From positions 1-64,000 of the IMG/VR virus record IMGVR_UViG_3300034062_007329: a stretch of 64,000 nucleotides of DNA; one strand, 5' to 3'. Positions 21,654 to 31,630 of the stretch are shown piece by piece. This DNA is from a virus. The notes beneath the pieces are model-generated. The model had not been told where the DNA came from. It ran no database searches and saw only the letters and a program-made list of their open reading frames with translations. Each line of letters starts with the position of its first letter. Within the stretch, counting starts at the first letter, position 1. Both the position numbers and the translations under genes were made by a program.

Positions 21654-22801
21654 ATGAAAATCACAAAACACACATTAAGACAAATAATTAAAGAAGAAAT
21701 AGAAAAGCTTTTTGAAAACAAAAAAATAAAAACAGAAGATATTGCAGCAGGAATAAAAATTATAAACGAATATATTTTGCTTATAGATAAATGCTCTCAA
21801 TATAAAAAAGATGACTCTTCAAGTCTACAAATCACTATTGATAGCTTTAAAAAAGCATTAGGAAAAGGAAGCGAACTACATAAAGGTTTATTTCAAGAGA
21901 AAGAAATGAAACCAAATAGGATATATTATGTCCCCGCTAATAGCTTTAATCCATATCAAGCAGGCGTCTTCGAAAAACTTTTTGATTTAGAAAAATATTG
22001 TATAGATTATATAAAAGGCGGTTGGGGTTTTAAGGGGTTTTTTGACTATCACCCTCATCTGTTTAAAGACAAAGGGCTCAGAGATCAAGAATCTTTTTTG
22101 CAAATTTTAAATGAATGTAGGGGCGTTTTAGAAAATTTTGCTGATCAATTTTCAACTGAAATTGATTTAGGAGTATAAATAATGAAAATCACAAAAAAAT
22201 TATTAAAAGAAATGATTGAGGCGGAAATAACTAATTTAAAAGAAACTGACGACATGTTCCCAGAAATTAAGTTGGATAAGCAAGGACAAAGTCTTCTTAG
22301 AGAAGTAGCGAATGCTTTAGGGGATGCAAACTTTTTATTAAATTATGTTAATTTTTCGACAAATGAACAGAAAGAAGCAGTAATCTACATTAAAAATGTG
22401 CTTGAAAAAGTAAAGAGCCTTTTACAAACAAAATAAACAACAGGGATAAAATAATGAAAATCACAAAACAACTGTTAAGAGAAATGATTGAAGAAGAAAT
22501 GAAAGTTATTCAATTGGGTCTTGGTCAGCCTCTACAAGCTCATGGATATATTGGCGGTGAACAAGGTATGGAAATCCAACCAAGTGAACCACAAATGGGT
22601 TATGAACAAGATCCAGATGGTTACGAAGGAAGTATGGCAAAAAATAACTTGTACAACTTAAAAAGTGATGCTATGATGCTCTGCGAACTCATCGCAGAGG
22701 ACGAGAATTTAGAGCCTTGGGTTGAGGAAAAGATCGCAGTTGCCGCCTCAATGTTAAACTCTGTGGCTCGTCACATGAAGGCAGAAAAAACAAGGATGTA
22801 A
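21654..22801 (+). CDS. Three genes sharing an MKITKxxLxxxIxxE leader (21654-22178, 22182-22436, 22454-22801)
   Basis: MKITKHTLRQIIKEE, MKITKKLLKEMIEAE, MKITKQLLREMIEEE. Confidence 0.75.
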
Positions 22802-23314
22802 ATGATTAAGATCAGGATTGCTAATCAAAAATATTGCACAAAATTGTCTGTGTTTGATTTCGACGGAACTTTATTTAAAAGCCCAGACAAACCAGAAGGC
22901 TACAAAGGTAACTGGTGGATTGAAGCTAAGTCCTTGAATCCGCCGGCAGTTCCTAAAAAACCTGGTGATCAATTCTGGAATTTAGATGTCGTTGATGCCG
23001 CAATAAATGAATTAGCTAATCCTAAGAATTACGTGATATTAATGACTGGTCGTGTTGACCAGTTTTTTGAAGAACGTATAAATGAATTAGTAAAGCAGAA
23101 GGGCTTGAACTTTAAACACGTATGGCTAAACCAATTTGGTAGAAGCACTGGTGAGTTTAAAGTAGAAAAGATACGCGAACTCTTGAAAAATAATCCTTCA
23201 ATTAAAGAAATTGAAATGTGGGAAGACGAACAGGACAAGATCGAACTATATACTGAAGAATTTGGTAAGCAATATAAATTTAATATAAATAAAATAAAAG
23301 GCAGGGAAAAATAA
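22802..23314 (+). CDS. HAD-superfamily phosphatase (RNA-repair-associated HAD-like)
   Basis: VFDFDGTLFKSP, WW, LMTGR, FK, EMWED. Confidence 0.8.
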   Translation: MIKIRIANQKYCTKLSVFDFDGTLFKSPDKPEGYKGNWWIEAKSLNPPAVPKKPGDQFWNLDVVDAAINELANPKNYVILMTGRVDQFFEERINELVKQKGLNFKHVWLNQFGRSTGEFKVEKIRELLKNNPSIKEIEMWEDEQDKIELYTEEFGKQYKFNINKIKGREK

Positions 23315-23680
23315 ATGGATCCATTAATAGTTAATATGTTAGTAGGTATTGAACAACAGTTACGTATTCTTCATTGGCAAACAGACAGTTTTGCTCAACA
23401 TGAAGCATTTGGCAAAACTTATGCTGCTCTTGGAGATCTTATTGATGCATTTATGGAAGGCGTGATGGGAAAATATGGAAGATTCCAATTGCAAAGTAAT
23501 TCTGTTCAAATCATTAATATGTCCGAATTAGATATAGCGGATTTCATTGATGGCAGCGCCCAGTTCTTCAGTGGTCTTTCCGAGCAATTAGATCCAGAAA
23601 CTGATACAGATTTATTAAACATTCGTGACGAAATGTTGGCAGCAATCAGCAAACTAAAATATCTGCTAACTCTTAAGTAA
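23315..23680 (+). CDS. Ferritin/Dps-like four-helix-bundle protein
   Basis: LHWQTDSFAQHEAF...DLIDAFME...NIRDEM...YLLTL. Confidence 0.8.
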   Translation: MDPLIVNMLVGIEQQLRILHWQTDSFAQHEAFGKTYAALGDLIDAFMEGVMGKYGRFQLQSNSVQIINMSELDIADFIDGSAQFFSGLSEQLDPETDTDLLNIRDEMLAAISKLKYLLTLK

Positions 23681-23753
23681 TACATTCTTTACAACATAAA
23701 AAAAACATGCTATAAGTTTCTAAAGCTTATAGCTTTTTTATTGGAGAAAATAT

Positions 23754-24035
23754 ATGTGTGTAATTTGCCGTGGGCTAAAAAATCACAAAATGACAATAGA
23801 GGAAGCAGAAGAAAAATATCAAGAGTTTTTAGAATTAGACTTGTTGGATGAAGACCATCAAGAAAAAGTCGAAGAACTAATTGCAGAAGCAGCTGATGAA
23901 TTAGCTTATTGGGATCTTGCCAAGAGAGATGTCTTTAGAAGAGACTATGACGATGACATTGACGAAAATGAACTTGTGCATGATGAAGTTGACGACCCAG
24001 AAACAGATTATTCAGACGAACCAGATGATGATTAA
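23754..24035 (+). CDS. Acidic hypothetical protein
   Basis: MCVIC start, Asp/Glu-rich tail, GGAG RBS. Confidence 0.6.
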   Translation: MCVICRGLKNHKMTIEEAEEKYQEFLELDLLDEDHQEKVEELIAEAADELAYWDLAKRDVFRRDYDDDIDENELVHDEVDDPETDYSDEPDDD

Positions 24036-24734
24036 ATGAAAATAATTTATGATCATACGCATGGTTTTGGTAAAATGCGTGATCAAGCGTATATATACGC
24101 CCCAACAGGAGCCTTAGTTGAAGAAAAAGAGCATAAAGAAGCGCTGGAAACTGGTTGGTGTCCTTTATTAAATAATCTCTGGTTTCAAACAAGATCTACA
24201 AGAATAGATATAAAAAAGTATATACCAAATAAAAAGCTTTTAAAAAAAGCAAAACACATAAAACCATTTTATGGTGTATCACTTGATAATACAAAGAAAG
24301 CAATTTTTTTTGAGATATTCCAAAAATATATTAAATACAAAAAATTTAAAAGTCAAGATTACTCACTCGACGATATAATCAATACATCGAATGGCTACGT
24401 TTATTATGCATATGCAAATAAAATAATTGGTTTTTGTTTTTTCAAGATCTTAGCAAATAATATGTTTGCGGTTGAATTTGCTTGGGATTATGAAGATCCG
24501 AAGCTTTCTCTTGGAAAGTTAAACATACATTTTCTTGCTTACTTTGCTAAAATGAAAAAGTATGATTGTGTATACCTTTCTTCGGGATATGAAAGCTGCT
24601 CTATATACAAATCAGACTATGAAGGTTTCCAGTGGTGGACGGGAATGAAATGGTCAGAAGATGTTGAACACTTCAAGCGCCTGTGTTATAGTGATGATAA
24701 GGTGAAGATAGAGTTTGATTGGGAGAATATATGA
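24036..24734 (+). CDS. Aminoacyl-tRNA--protein transferase-like protein (ATE1/Bpt family)
   Basis: LETGW...STRID, WDYEDPKLSLGK, YLSSGYESCSIYKSDY resemble the ATE_C signature. Confidence 0.65.
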   Translation: MKIIYDHTHGFGKMRDQAYIYAPTGALVEEKEHKEALETGWCPLLNNLWFQTRSTRIDIKKYIPNKKLLKKAKHIKPFYGVSLDNTKKAIFFEIFQKYIKYKKFKSQDYSLDDIINTSNGYVYYAYANKIIGFCFFKILANNMFAVEFAWDYEDPKLSLGKLNIHFLAYFAKMKKYDCVYLSSGYESCSIYKSDYEGFQWWTGMKWSEDVEHFKRLCYSDDKVKIEFDWENI

Positions 24735-24772
24735 TTGACTATGCAGATGTTGTAGTAGATTTAGCTTGTTAA
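24731..24772 (+). pseudogene. Orphan 5' fragment of purA (MIDYADVVVDLAC*)
   Basis: First 12 aa identical to PurA at 25449; ATGA-coupled to the upstream gene. Confidence 0.85.
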
Positions 24773-24827
24773 AATGCTTATAATGGTCGTATGAACTACT
24801 TATTATATATGTCATGGAGGCTTTATA

Positions 24828-25442
24828 ATGAGTACAAAAAAATCTGGAATTTATCGTATTACCAATAAAGTAAATAATAAAATTTATATTGGTTCTGCCT
24901 ACAACTTATCTAATCGATTTTCTACACACAAATATTCTTTAAGAAATAATAAACATAAAAATCCACACCTACAAAGTGCTTGGAATTTATATGACGAGAA
25001 AGATTTTATATTTGAAATTCTTGAAATCGTAGAAGATAAAACAAAAATTATTGAAAGAGAACAATATTATTTAGATTTATATAACCCATGCGATAATTCT
25101 ATAGGCTATAATATTGCTAAAAAAGCTGGTAATACTGCTGGAGTTAAAGTATCTCTTGAAACAAGACAAAAACAAAGCGAATCAGCAAAAAAAAGACCAA
25201 AATATAAATGGACTGAAGAACAGAAACAAAATAGGAAAAAGACCCGCAAAGGTCAAGTAATGCCTTGGGCTAAATTAAACTGGGGGCTTGTAAACGAGAT
25301 AAGAAAGTTGTATACTGATGGCGTCTTCCAAAGAGAAATAGCAAAAAAATATAATTTGGCACAAACGACTGTAAGTGAAATTATAAGAAATGTAATTTGG
25401 ATCGATGAGTATTATGCCTACGAGCGTAGGAGAAACGGATAA
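24828..25442 (+). mobile_element. Free-standing GIY-YIG homing endonuclease
   Basis: SGIYRITNKVNNKIYIGSA, R and E (EREQYY), GYNI, NUMOD3-like segment, C-terminal HTH. Confidence 0.9.
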
Positions 25443-25448
25443 ATAATT

Positions 25449-26447
25449 ATGATAGATTATGCTGATGTAGTGGTTGATCTTGCGTATGGGGATTCTGGAA
25501 AGGGAAAAGTTACACATCATTTAGCTAAAGTTGGGAACTATACTCACGTAATCAGGTTTTCTGGAGGCAATAACGCTGGACACACGATTTACCACGAAGG
25601 CAAGAAGTTTATCACTCATTCTATTCCTTCTGGTGTATTTTATGGAATTCGAAGCATTATTGGACCTGGATGTGTACTTAATGTAGAGCATTTCTTTAAT
25701 GAGATGAAGGAGTTGGAAGATGGTGGTGTCAGGTGTCAGGGCTTGGTATTTATTGCACGAAATGCTCATATCATCACCGATGAACACGTTATGGAGGATC
25801 GACAAGATAACGTTATCGGGACAACAAAACGCGGCGTCGGTCAAGCCTATCGTGACAAGCACAGCCGCAAGGGCATACGAGCGGAACAGGTAGAAAAGTT
25901 AAAACCATACCTAATTGATATGTATGAGGAGTTTTATAAACCTAATCAAATTAGTCGTATCCTTTTTGAAGGCGCTCAAGGATTTGGTCTTGATATCGAT
26001 TGGGGAGATTACCCTTACGTTACTTCTTCTGGCTGCACTGTTGCTGCTGCAATTGCTAATGGAGTTCCTGCAAAGCGAATTCGCAATGTTTGGGGAGTTG
26101 CGAAAGCTTATGAAACGTATGTTGGAATGAAGAAATTTGAACCAGATGAACCCGTGTTTAAAACAATGAGAGAAATTGGAAATGAATACGGAGCAACAAC
26201 TGGTCGTCCTCGTCAATGCAATTGGGTCAATGCAAAAAATCTTTTTAAAGCTATCGATCTAAACGGAGCTAACAAGATTGTATTTAACAAGGTTGATATC
26301 TTGAGAGAGATTGGCTCTTGGAAGATCTATGATGAAGACGACAAACTTGTAGAGTTTAAGAGCGAAGAAGAAATGAAAACTTGGTTTGCTAATAAGCTCC
26401 CAAGATCAACTGAGATCTATTGGTCGGATTCACCGGAAAGACTATAA
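25449..26447 (+). CDS. purA: Adenylosuccinate synthetase (short form)
   Basis: YGDSGKGK, GGNNAGHT, IGTTKRGVG, EGAQGFGLDID, YPYVTSS, EYGATTGRPR, NKVD. Confidence 0.93.
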   Translation: MIDYADVVVDLAYGDSGKGKVTHHLAKVGNYTHVIRFSGGNNAGHTIYHEGKKFITHSIPSGVFYGIRSIIGPGCVLNVEHFFNEMKELEDGGVRCQGLVFIARNAHIITDEHVMEDRQDNVIGTTKRGVGQAYRDKHSRKGIRAEQVEKLKPYLIDMYEEFYKPNQISRILFEGAQGFGLDIDWGDYPYVTSSGCTVAAAIANGVPAKRIRNVWGVAKAYETYVGMKKFEPDEPVFKTMREIGNEYGATTGRPRQCNWVNAKNLFKAIDLNGANKIVFNKVDILREIGSWKIYDEDDKLVEFKSEEEMKTWFANKLPRSTEIYWSDSPERL

Positions 26448-26677
26448 TGGAGACTATAAAAGTAAAGCAGGGAGAATTTGAGGCTACAATATCGAAAGAC
26501 CCAGAGAGGGTCTTCATAAGCTTTAATATCCCAATGAAAGAACAAGAAGGTTTCAACCCAAATGATTTTTCATATCTTATTGAGCACATGATGTATCTGG
26601 CGATGAATAAAGATGGGAAATATGTCGTGGAATATCAGGGGCTTGACACGCCAATATCTGCGTGATAGAGTGTCTCT

Positions 26678-27007
26678 ATGCTGACGACGACACCGAAGTA
26701 CCCCGTAGAATCCACATATGATCCCTGCCTCCTTCGCGGGGCTGATGGTAAACAATTGTATGCAGTTGGAGGTGGTGAATGGCTACCAGTTCCAGATGGT
26801 ACAACAATGGTGAATGTTCATCTCTATATGAAAAGGAAAGAGTATGTCCCGAATCTCCCGATCAAAAGAATGCAAGTCACAATCAAAGGCAAGGGATACA
26901 AAGTCGAGGTGTGGAAAGACAAAACTATTACTTGCGAATGCACAGGATTCCGCTATCGAAAGACTTGTAAGCACGTTCAAGCAGTTCAAAAAGCGGTGAA
27001 GAATTGA
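26678..27007 (+). CDS. SWIM zinc-finger protein
   Basis: TCECTGFRYRKTCKH; ATG 6 nt after -10 of promoter TTGACA(26643)-17-TAGAGT. Confidence 0.75.
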   Translation: MLTTTPKYPVESTYDPCLLRGADGKQLYAVGGGEWLPVPDGTTMVNVHLYMKRKEYVPNLPIKRMQVTIKGKGYKVEVWKDKTITCECTGFRYRKTCKHVQAVQKAVKN

Positions 27008-27366
27008 AGAACAAATTCAAGATAGGCGATCTTGTTAAAATGAAGCGAGATAGGTTCTTTATCCATCGTTGGAAGAATACAGAAAAGCTGGCAACACTAC
27101 CAGTTGCTGGTATGATTACAGCTATTAATATTGAAAGCTGGATTCATCCTTATTATGGCTTGTCTAAGCACTTTGAAAAGAAAGAAATTGAAGTTGAAGT
27201 TGCAACAATCAAGTGGTTTGAGTATGAAATACCTGGTTTCGGATTCTCGGATGAATTTAATTTAGCTGAATATAATAAAAATTATAGTAAGATGCCAACC
27301 AAAAGTTTGGCAGATTTTAGCAAGTATCTCGCGGCTCTGAGGAAAAAGAAAGATCTTTACAAGTGA
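27004..27366 (+). CDS. Hypothetical protein with KIGDLV SH3/KOW-like start
   Basis: KFKIGDLVKM...GMI...IKW. Confidence 0.55.
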   Translation: MKNKFKIGDLVKMKRDRFFIHRWKNTEKLATLPVAGMITAINIESWIHPYYGLSKHFEKKEIEVEVATIKWFEYEIPGFGFSDEFNLAEYNKNYSKMPTKSLADFSKYLAALRKKKDLYK

Positions 27367-27453
27367 GAGCGAGAGTGGTAGAGTAGTTCTACAAGGTGAG
27401 CCGAGAGATGACAGATCGGCTCCGATAACCGCCCAAAGTGGCAAGGAGAAAAT

Positions 27454-27765
27454 ATGTCAAGCCGTAACACTAAGTCAAACCGTTCAACCCGCAACACTTC
27501 AACCCGCTCAACTGGTCGTGATCCAAACCGTACAGTGTTTGACCCAACCGATTATGATCGTGGTGTATACAAGGTTGAGCGCAAGCTAAAGCGTATCGGC
27601 ATGGGTATTCGTCGCGGTGATACACGTCATGGTGATTATAGCAACGTAGTCCTGTGGAAGCCAAAGGATGCTCGAGGTGATTCACGTAGATTCACACTAA
27701 CTCTTTCTGAAGCCCGTTCACTACAGGCTTTTTTGAATCGTGAACTCCAAGTCCGCGCTCGCTAA
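27454..27765 (+). CDS. Basic hypothetical protein
   Basis: AAGGAG RBS; followed by terminator hairpin 27790-27826. Confidence 0.7.
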   Translation: MSSRNTKSNRSTRNTSTRSTGRDPNRTVFDPTDYDRGVYKVERKLKRIGMGIRRGDTRHGDYSNVVLWKPKDARGDSRRFTLTLSEARSLQAFLNRELQVRAR

Positions 27766-28393
27766 ACTAAAATTTAAAATCTAAACAGAAAAGCCTCCCG
27801 ATAAAAAGGGAGGCTTCTTTCTTTTTGACATCATAAATTTCCTGTGGTATAGTTTGTGGAGGAGGAGATATGTTATATACAATTTGTCCAAGAAATAGAG
27901 CTGGTGCTTTTGAACAAAAGTTTATGATTGATGGTGATTTTGAATTAGCTGTTCTTGTTGCTCGTCATACATTCCTTAGCAATAGCGTTCACCATGTAGA
28001 AATTTATGAAGGACGAGTGCCTGTAATGGATTGTTGGGGTAAGCCGAAACTATTTGTTTATAAGGACAATGTTTCAGAAACAAGGCTACATTGATAAGAT
28101 CGATAAAGACGATATGGAGCAAGGCTTGCGAGACTTGCAGATAGGCGATTTAATTTTTGATCCTTGGTATGGCTTTGGTCTAATTATATCTTTAGACCAA
28201 ATAAATAATTTTCAAAGCGAAATAAGATTTTATGATAATCGAGAACAAAAATTCTTATTAGACATGGAACAGGCATATTTCTTGAAAAGAAACATACCAG
28301 TGCTTCTTCAAGTTTCAGATATGAATCCAAGAAGCGAAGATACGAGAAGAATATGGTCAGAAGAAATGTATTGTATATTTTAGGAGAATAATA

Positions 28394-28645
28394 ATGTCAA
28401 AAGGTGGAGTTCATAAAAAAGAAGAATCTGGATATGTTCATATAGGAGGTAGAATAGAACAGAGACCAGATCAAGCTTCAGGTATTTTTTGTTGTAAAAC
28501 TTGTGAATACTTTCAAATAGAAAGGGATGCAAAGTATGGCGCTTGCACGATTGTAGAAGGAGAAATATATGGTGGTGATTGCTGTAACTATTGGGAGCCA
28601 AAAGATAGTATAAGAGCAGCTTATAGCTTTACAATTTTTAAATAA
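28394..28645 (+). CDS. HiPIP-like Cys-rich protein
   Basis: CKTCEYF...CTIVEGEI...CCNYW resembles HiPIP Cys spacing. Confidence 0.55.
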   Translation: MSKGGVHKKEESGYVHIGGRIEQRPDQASGIFCCKTCEYFQIERDAKYGACTIVEGEIYGGDCCNYWEPKDSIRAAYSFTIFK

Positions 28646-28663
28646 CTTGATAGGATACAGTGG

Positions 28664-29224
28664 ATGAGTACCACTACCATACTACCCCCCTACCCCCCCA
28701 GTGGGGGTCTACAACAAAATAAACAAGAAGAAGCAGTAGAAGAAAGTATCTTTTATTCTGGTGAAATTGTTTTAATGAGATCGCGCAGAATAAGCAAAGA
28801 AGAAGTAAAAAGATTTTATGATTTATATGGTGCTTCTCTTCCAACGGATGTTTGGTGGAGTTATCTTGGTAAAGACTACAATAAAAACATAGAATATTGT
28901 AAAGACGCGGATGATAATAGCGCATATTACATGTTCCACAACAAATATATTGGAAAAGTTAAAGAACCAATGGTAATCAAAAAAAATTATCACCCCGCTC
29001 AAACTTCTTTGTTTGAACAAAAACTTTTTATTGTTGAATGGGAAGTAAGAGACAATCAGATAATGCCTGGAGAATCTCTGACAAGATTACAAGAGCACTA
29101 CCCAGAAAGTCTAATCTCTATTTCTAAAATGACTGTTATGACGAAAGAAGAGATTTTGGAGGACGTTTTGCGCTGGGCGAGAGATAGAAATATCTATTCA
29201 TCAGCCCCAGAAACAACAATTTGA
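28664..29224 (+). CDS. Hypothetical protein
   Basis: 186-aa ORF. Confidence 0.5.
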   Translation: MSTTTILPPYPPSGGLQQNKQEEAVEESIFYSGEIVLMRSRRISKEEVKRFYDLYGASLPTDVWWSYLGKDYNKNIEYCKDADDNSAYYMFHNKYIGKVKEPMVIKKNYHPAQTSLFEQKLFIVEWEVRDNQIMPGESLTRLQEHYPESLISISKMTVMTKEEILEDVLRWARDRNIYSSAPETTI

Positions 29225-29713
29225 ATTTAAACAATTCGTTTTTTAGAATTGCCATAAATCATATTATATCACTATAAGTTACAATTAATTAGACTAAAGG
29301 AAGTGTTAAGTATAAAACAAAACAAATTGATTGTAAAAAACCTCGTCCTCTCTGCTACTTACACATTCCAATGATATAATAGAGAAATAGCTGCGTGATC
29401 TCGCAGGGTTAGACACACTCTATCACCGCAATATTCCCGTGTCAACCAGCGTATATTTTCTTTGAATATGGCACACTCTATCCGTGGAGCTAAAAATATC
29501 GCTTGACACGGGACGCCCGTTGTAATAAGATGTTACTATGGAGGAGCGTTCAAAACCAGCCGCCATTTGCACTAATTACTTGCAAATGCGGTAACCAGCC
29601 GCCGCGAATGTATTAGGGGGGCAACCTACCCCCTATTCAAACCTGTTGACACGTCCCTCCGCTTGTGGTACTCTGTTCCTTGTTCGGCGTGGTGCCGATA
29701 GGAGAGGAAGCGT

Positions 29714-30295
29714 ATGCGTCATTGTCGTTATTGTGGAAATACTGGTCATAATCGTAGAACCTGCCCGTCCCGTTCGCCTGAAACGAAGAAGGCGGATAAT
29801 GATTACCACAAGCGGTATCGTTCGCGTTCGCGTACTTGCCGCTATTGCCGTGGTAGCAATCACGATAGGCGCAAGTGTGATAAGCTTATTGCTGATCGTG
29901 CGGAATGGGTAACGCGCAATGCTGCTTTCCGCAAGCGTTTTCTTGAGGATGCCAAGAAAGAGGGTTGGGGTGTTGGCTGCGTAATTAAGATGTCGCATTG
30001 GAATAACGCTGAATATTTCTATCTTGTCACGAAGATTAACTGGGATGCTATTGTTGTAGACAATAGGTATGCTTACTCAATGGGCGTTTCACAGATCGGC
30101 GGTGACGATTGCACTAACTATAATCCTCCAAGGCATTTCGGCGTTGAGGATATCAATGATCGTGCATACTTCATGAAGAATTCGGATACGATGGTTGAGA
30201 ATCCTGTTTCAGTTGAATCTATCGAAAAAGCAATCCCCAGCAACTGGCTTTCTGGCGAGACTCCCAAAAACTATATGCCTGGATCTCTGAAGTAA
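29714..30295 (+). CDS. Protein with two CCHC zinc knuckles
   Basis: CRYCGNTGHNRRTC and CRYCRGSNHDRRKC; own promoter at 29646. Confidence 0.75.
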   Translation: MRHCRYCGNTGHNRRTCPSRSPETKKADNDYHKRYRSRSRTCRYCRGSNHDRRKCDKLIADRAEWVTRNAAFRKRFLEDAKKEGWGVGCVIKMSHWNNAEYFYLVTKINWDAIVVDNRYAYSMGVSQIGGDDCTNYNPPRHFGVEDINDRAYFMKNSDTMVENPVSVESIEKAIPSNWLSGETPKNYMPGSLK

Positions 30296-30435
30296 CCGAT
30301 AGGGTAGCAAAGAAAATAAATGCAGCCTGTTGACACGGGCGCTGTGCTGTGGTAGAGTAGTTAAGTAAGGTTGAGCGGCGAATGGGTCGCTGCTCAACAA
30401 TAAACGCAAGTCGAATAAAAGGGTAGGTAATAAAA

Positions 30436-31497
30436 ATGGCTGTTGACTTCAAGACGTTCGCTAAGATTGTTCCCCATGTCACTAAGGTTAAGAAGCCCGT
30501 CCTGATTCGTGGTAAGCATGGTATCGGTAAGTCGGAGCAGGTTTATCAGTTTGCCGCTGCAATCGGTTTCCCCATTATTGAGCGTCGTGCATCGCAGATG
30601 ACCGAAGGCGACCTTATCGGTCTGCCTTCGCTTGACGGCAATCGCACTCGCTGGAATCCGCCCGATTGGTACAAGACCGCTTGTGAGAAGCCCGTTGTGC
30701 TTTTCTTCGACGAGGTTGATCGTGCGGTTACTGAGGTTCGTCAGGGTCTTTTCGAGTTGACGGATTCCCGTAAGCTCAATGGTTTCCACCTCCATCCTGA
30801 TACGCTGATCTTTGCTGCCGTTAATGGTGGGCAGCATGGTTCGCAGTATCAGGTTGGTGAAATGGACCCTGCTGAGTTGGATCGTTGGACGGTTTTCGAT
30901 CTTGAGCCTACCGTTGAGGATTTCCTTGATTTCGCCAAGGACAAGCTGAATATGGTTGTTTGGGATTTCATCAACCAGAATCGCATTCACCTTGAGCATA
31001 AGGGCGAGTTTGAGCCTAACAAGGTTTATCCTTCGCGGCGTTCGTGGTTCCGTCTTAACGAGTGTTTGACCTCTGCTGATATGCTTGGCAAGGAGAAGAA
31101 TGAGCAGAAGCAGCATCTCCCTGCAATCTATGAGCTTGGTTGCGCCTTTATTGGTATGGAGGGTGCGGTTGCGCTTCGTGATTTCGTTGAGAAGTATGAG
31201 CGTCAGATTTCGATTGACGATATCTTCAACGGAAAGCATGATGCCCTTAAGGATCTGCCCGTGAACGATCACCTTGCTCTTATCGAGAAGATCCAGGCTT
31301 CCGATAAGCTTAAGACCAAGCTTGATGCCAAGCAGCTTAAGAACATTGCGGATTATATCCGAATGATCCCTGCGGAGGCTTCGATGAAGCTTTGGAAGAT
31401 CGCTGGTAACGCGAACGTGTATAACGCTGTTGAGCTTCACAAGCTTTGCAACGACTACATCGTTTCGATTATGACGGGTGGTTCCAACAAGAAGTAA
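30436..31497 (+). CDS. MoxR-like AAA+ ATPase
   Basis: GKHGIGKS, LFFDEVDRA, AVN, MDPAELDRW, PSRRSW. Confidence 0.9.
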   Translation: MAVDFKTFAKIVPHVTKVKKPVLIRGKHGIGKSEQVYQFAAAIGFPIIERRASQMTEGDLIGLPSLDGNRTRWNPPDWYKTACEKPVVLFFDEVDRAVTEVRQGLFELTDSRKLNGFHLHPDTLIFAAVNGGQHGSQYQVGEMDPAELDRWTVFDLEPTVEDFLDFAKDKLNMVVWDFINQNRIHLEHKGEFEPNKVYPSRRSWFRLNECLTSADMLGKEKNEQKQHLPAIYELGCAFIGMEGAVALRDFVEKYERQISIDDIFNGKHDALKDLPVNDHLALIEKIQASDKLKTKLDAKQLKNIADYIRMIPAEASMKLWKIAGNANVYNAVELHKLCNDYIVSIMTGGSNKK

Positions 31498-31630
31498 AAC
31501 CTAAACGGCAAAGGGGGCAAGCTGGAAACAGCTTCCCCCAACTGCTAATTCTACGCTTGACTCTCTCAGGCGTGCGTGATATACTATTCTCTGTAAGGTG
31601 GCAATCCCGCCACGAAATGAGGTAATGAAG

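Noticed and set aside
24773-25448. Group I intron in purA
   Set aside because: The downstream copy has a complete N-terminus, and the non-coding flanks are too short for a ribozyme core.
25449-26447. PurZ (2-aminoadenine Z-genome) instead of PurA
   Set aside because: The catalytic Asp is retained (GDSGKGK, not GSxGKG) and the GTP-type NKVD motif is present.
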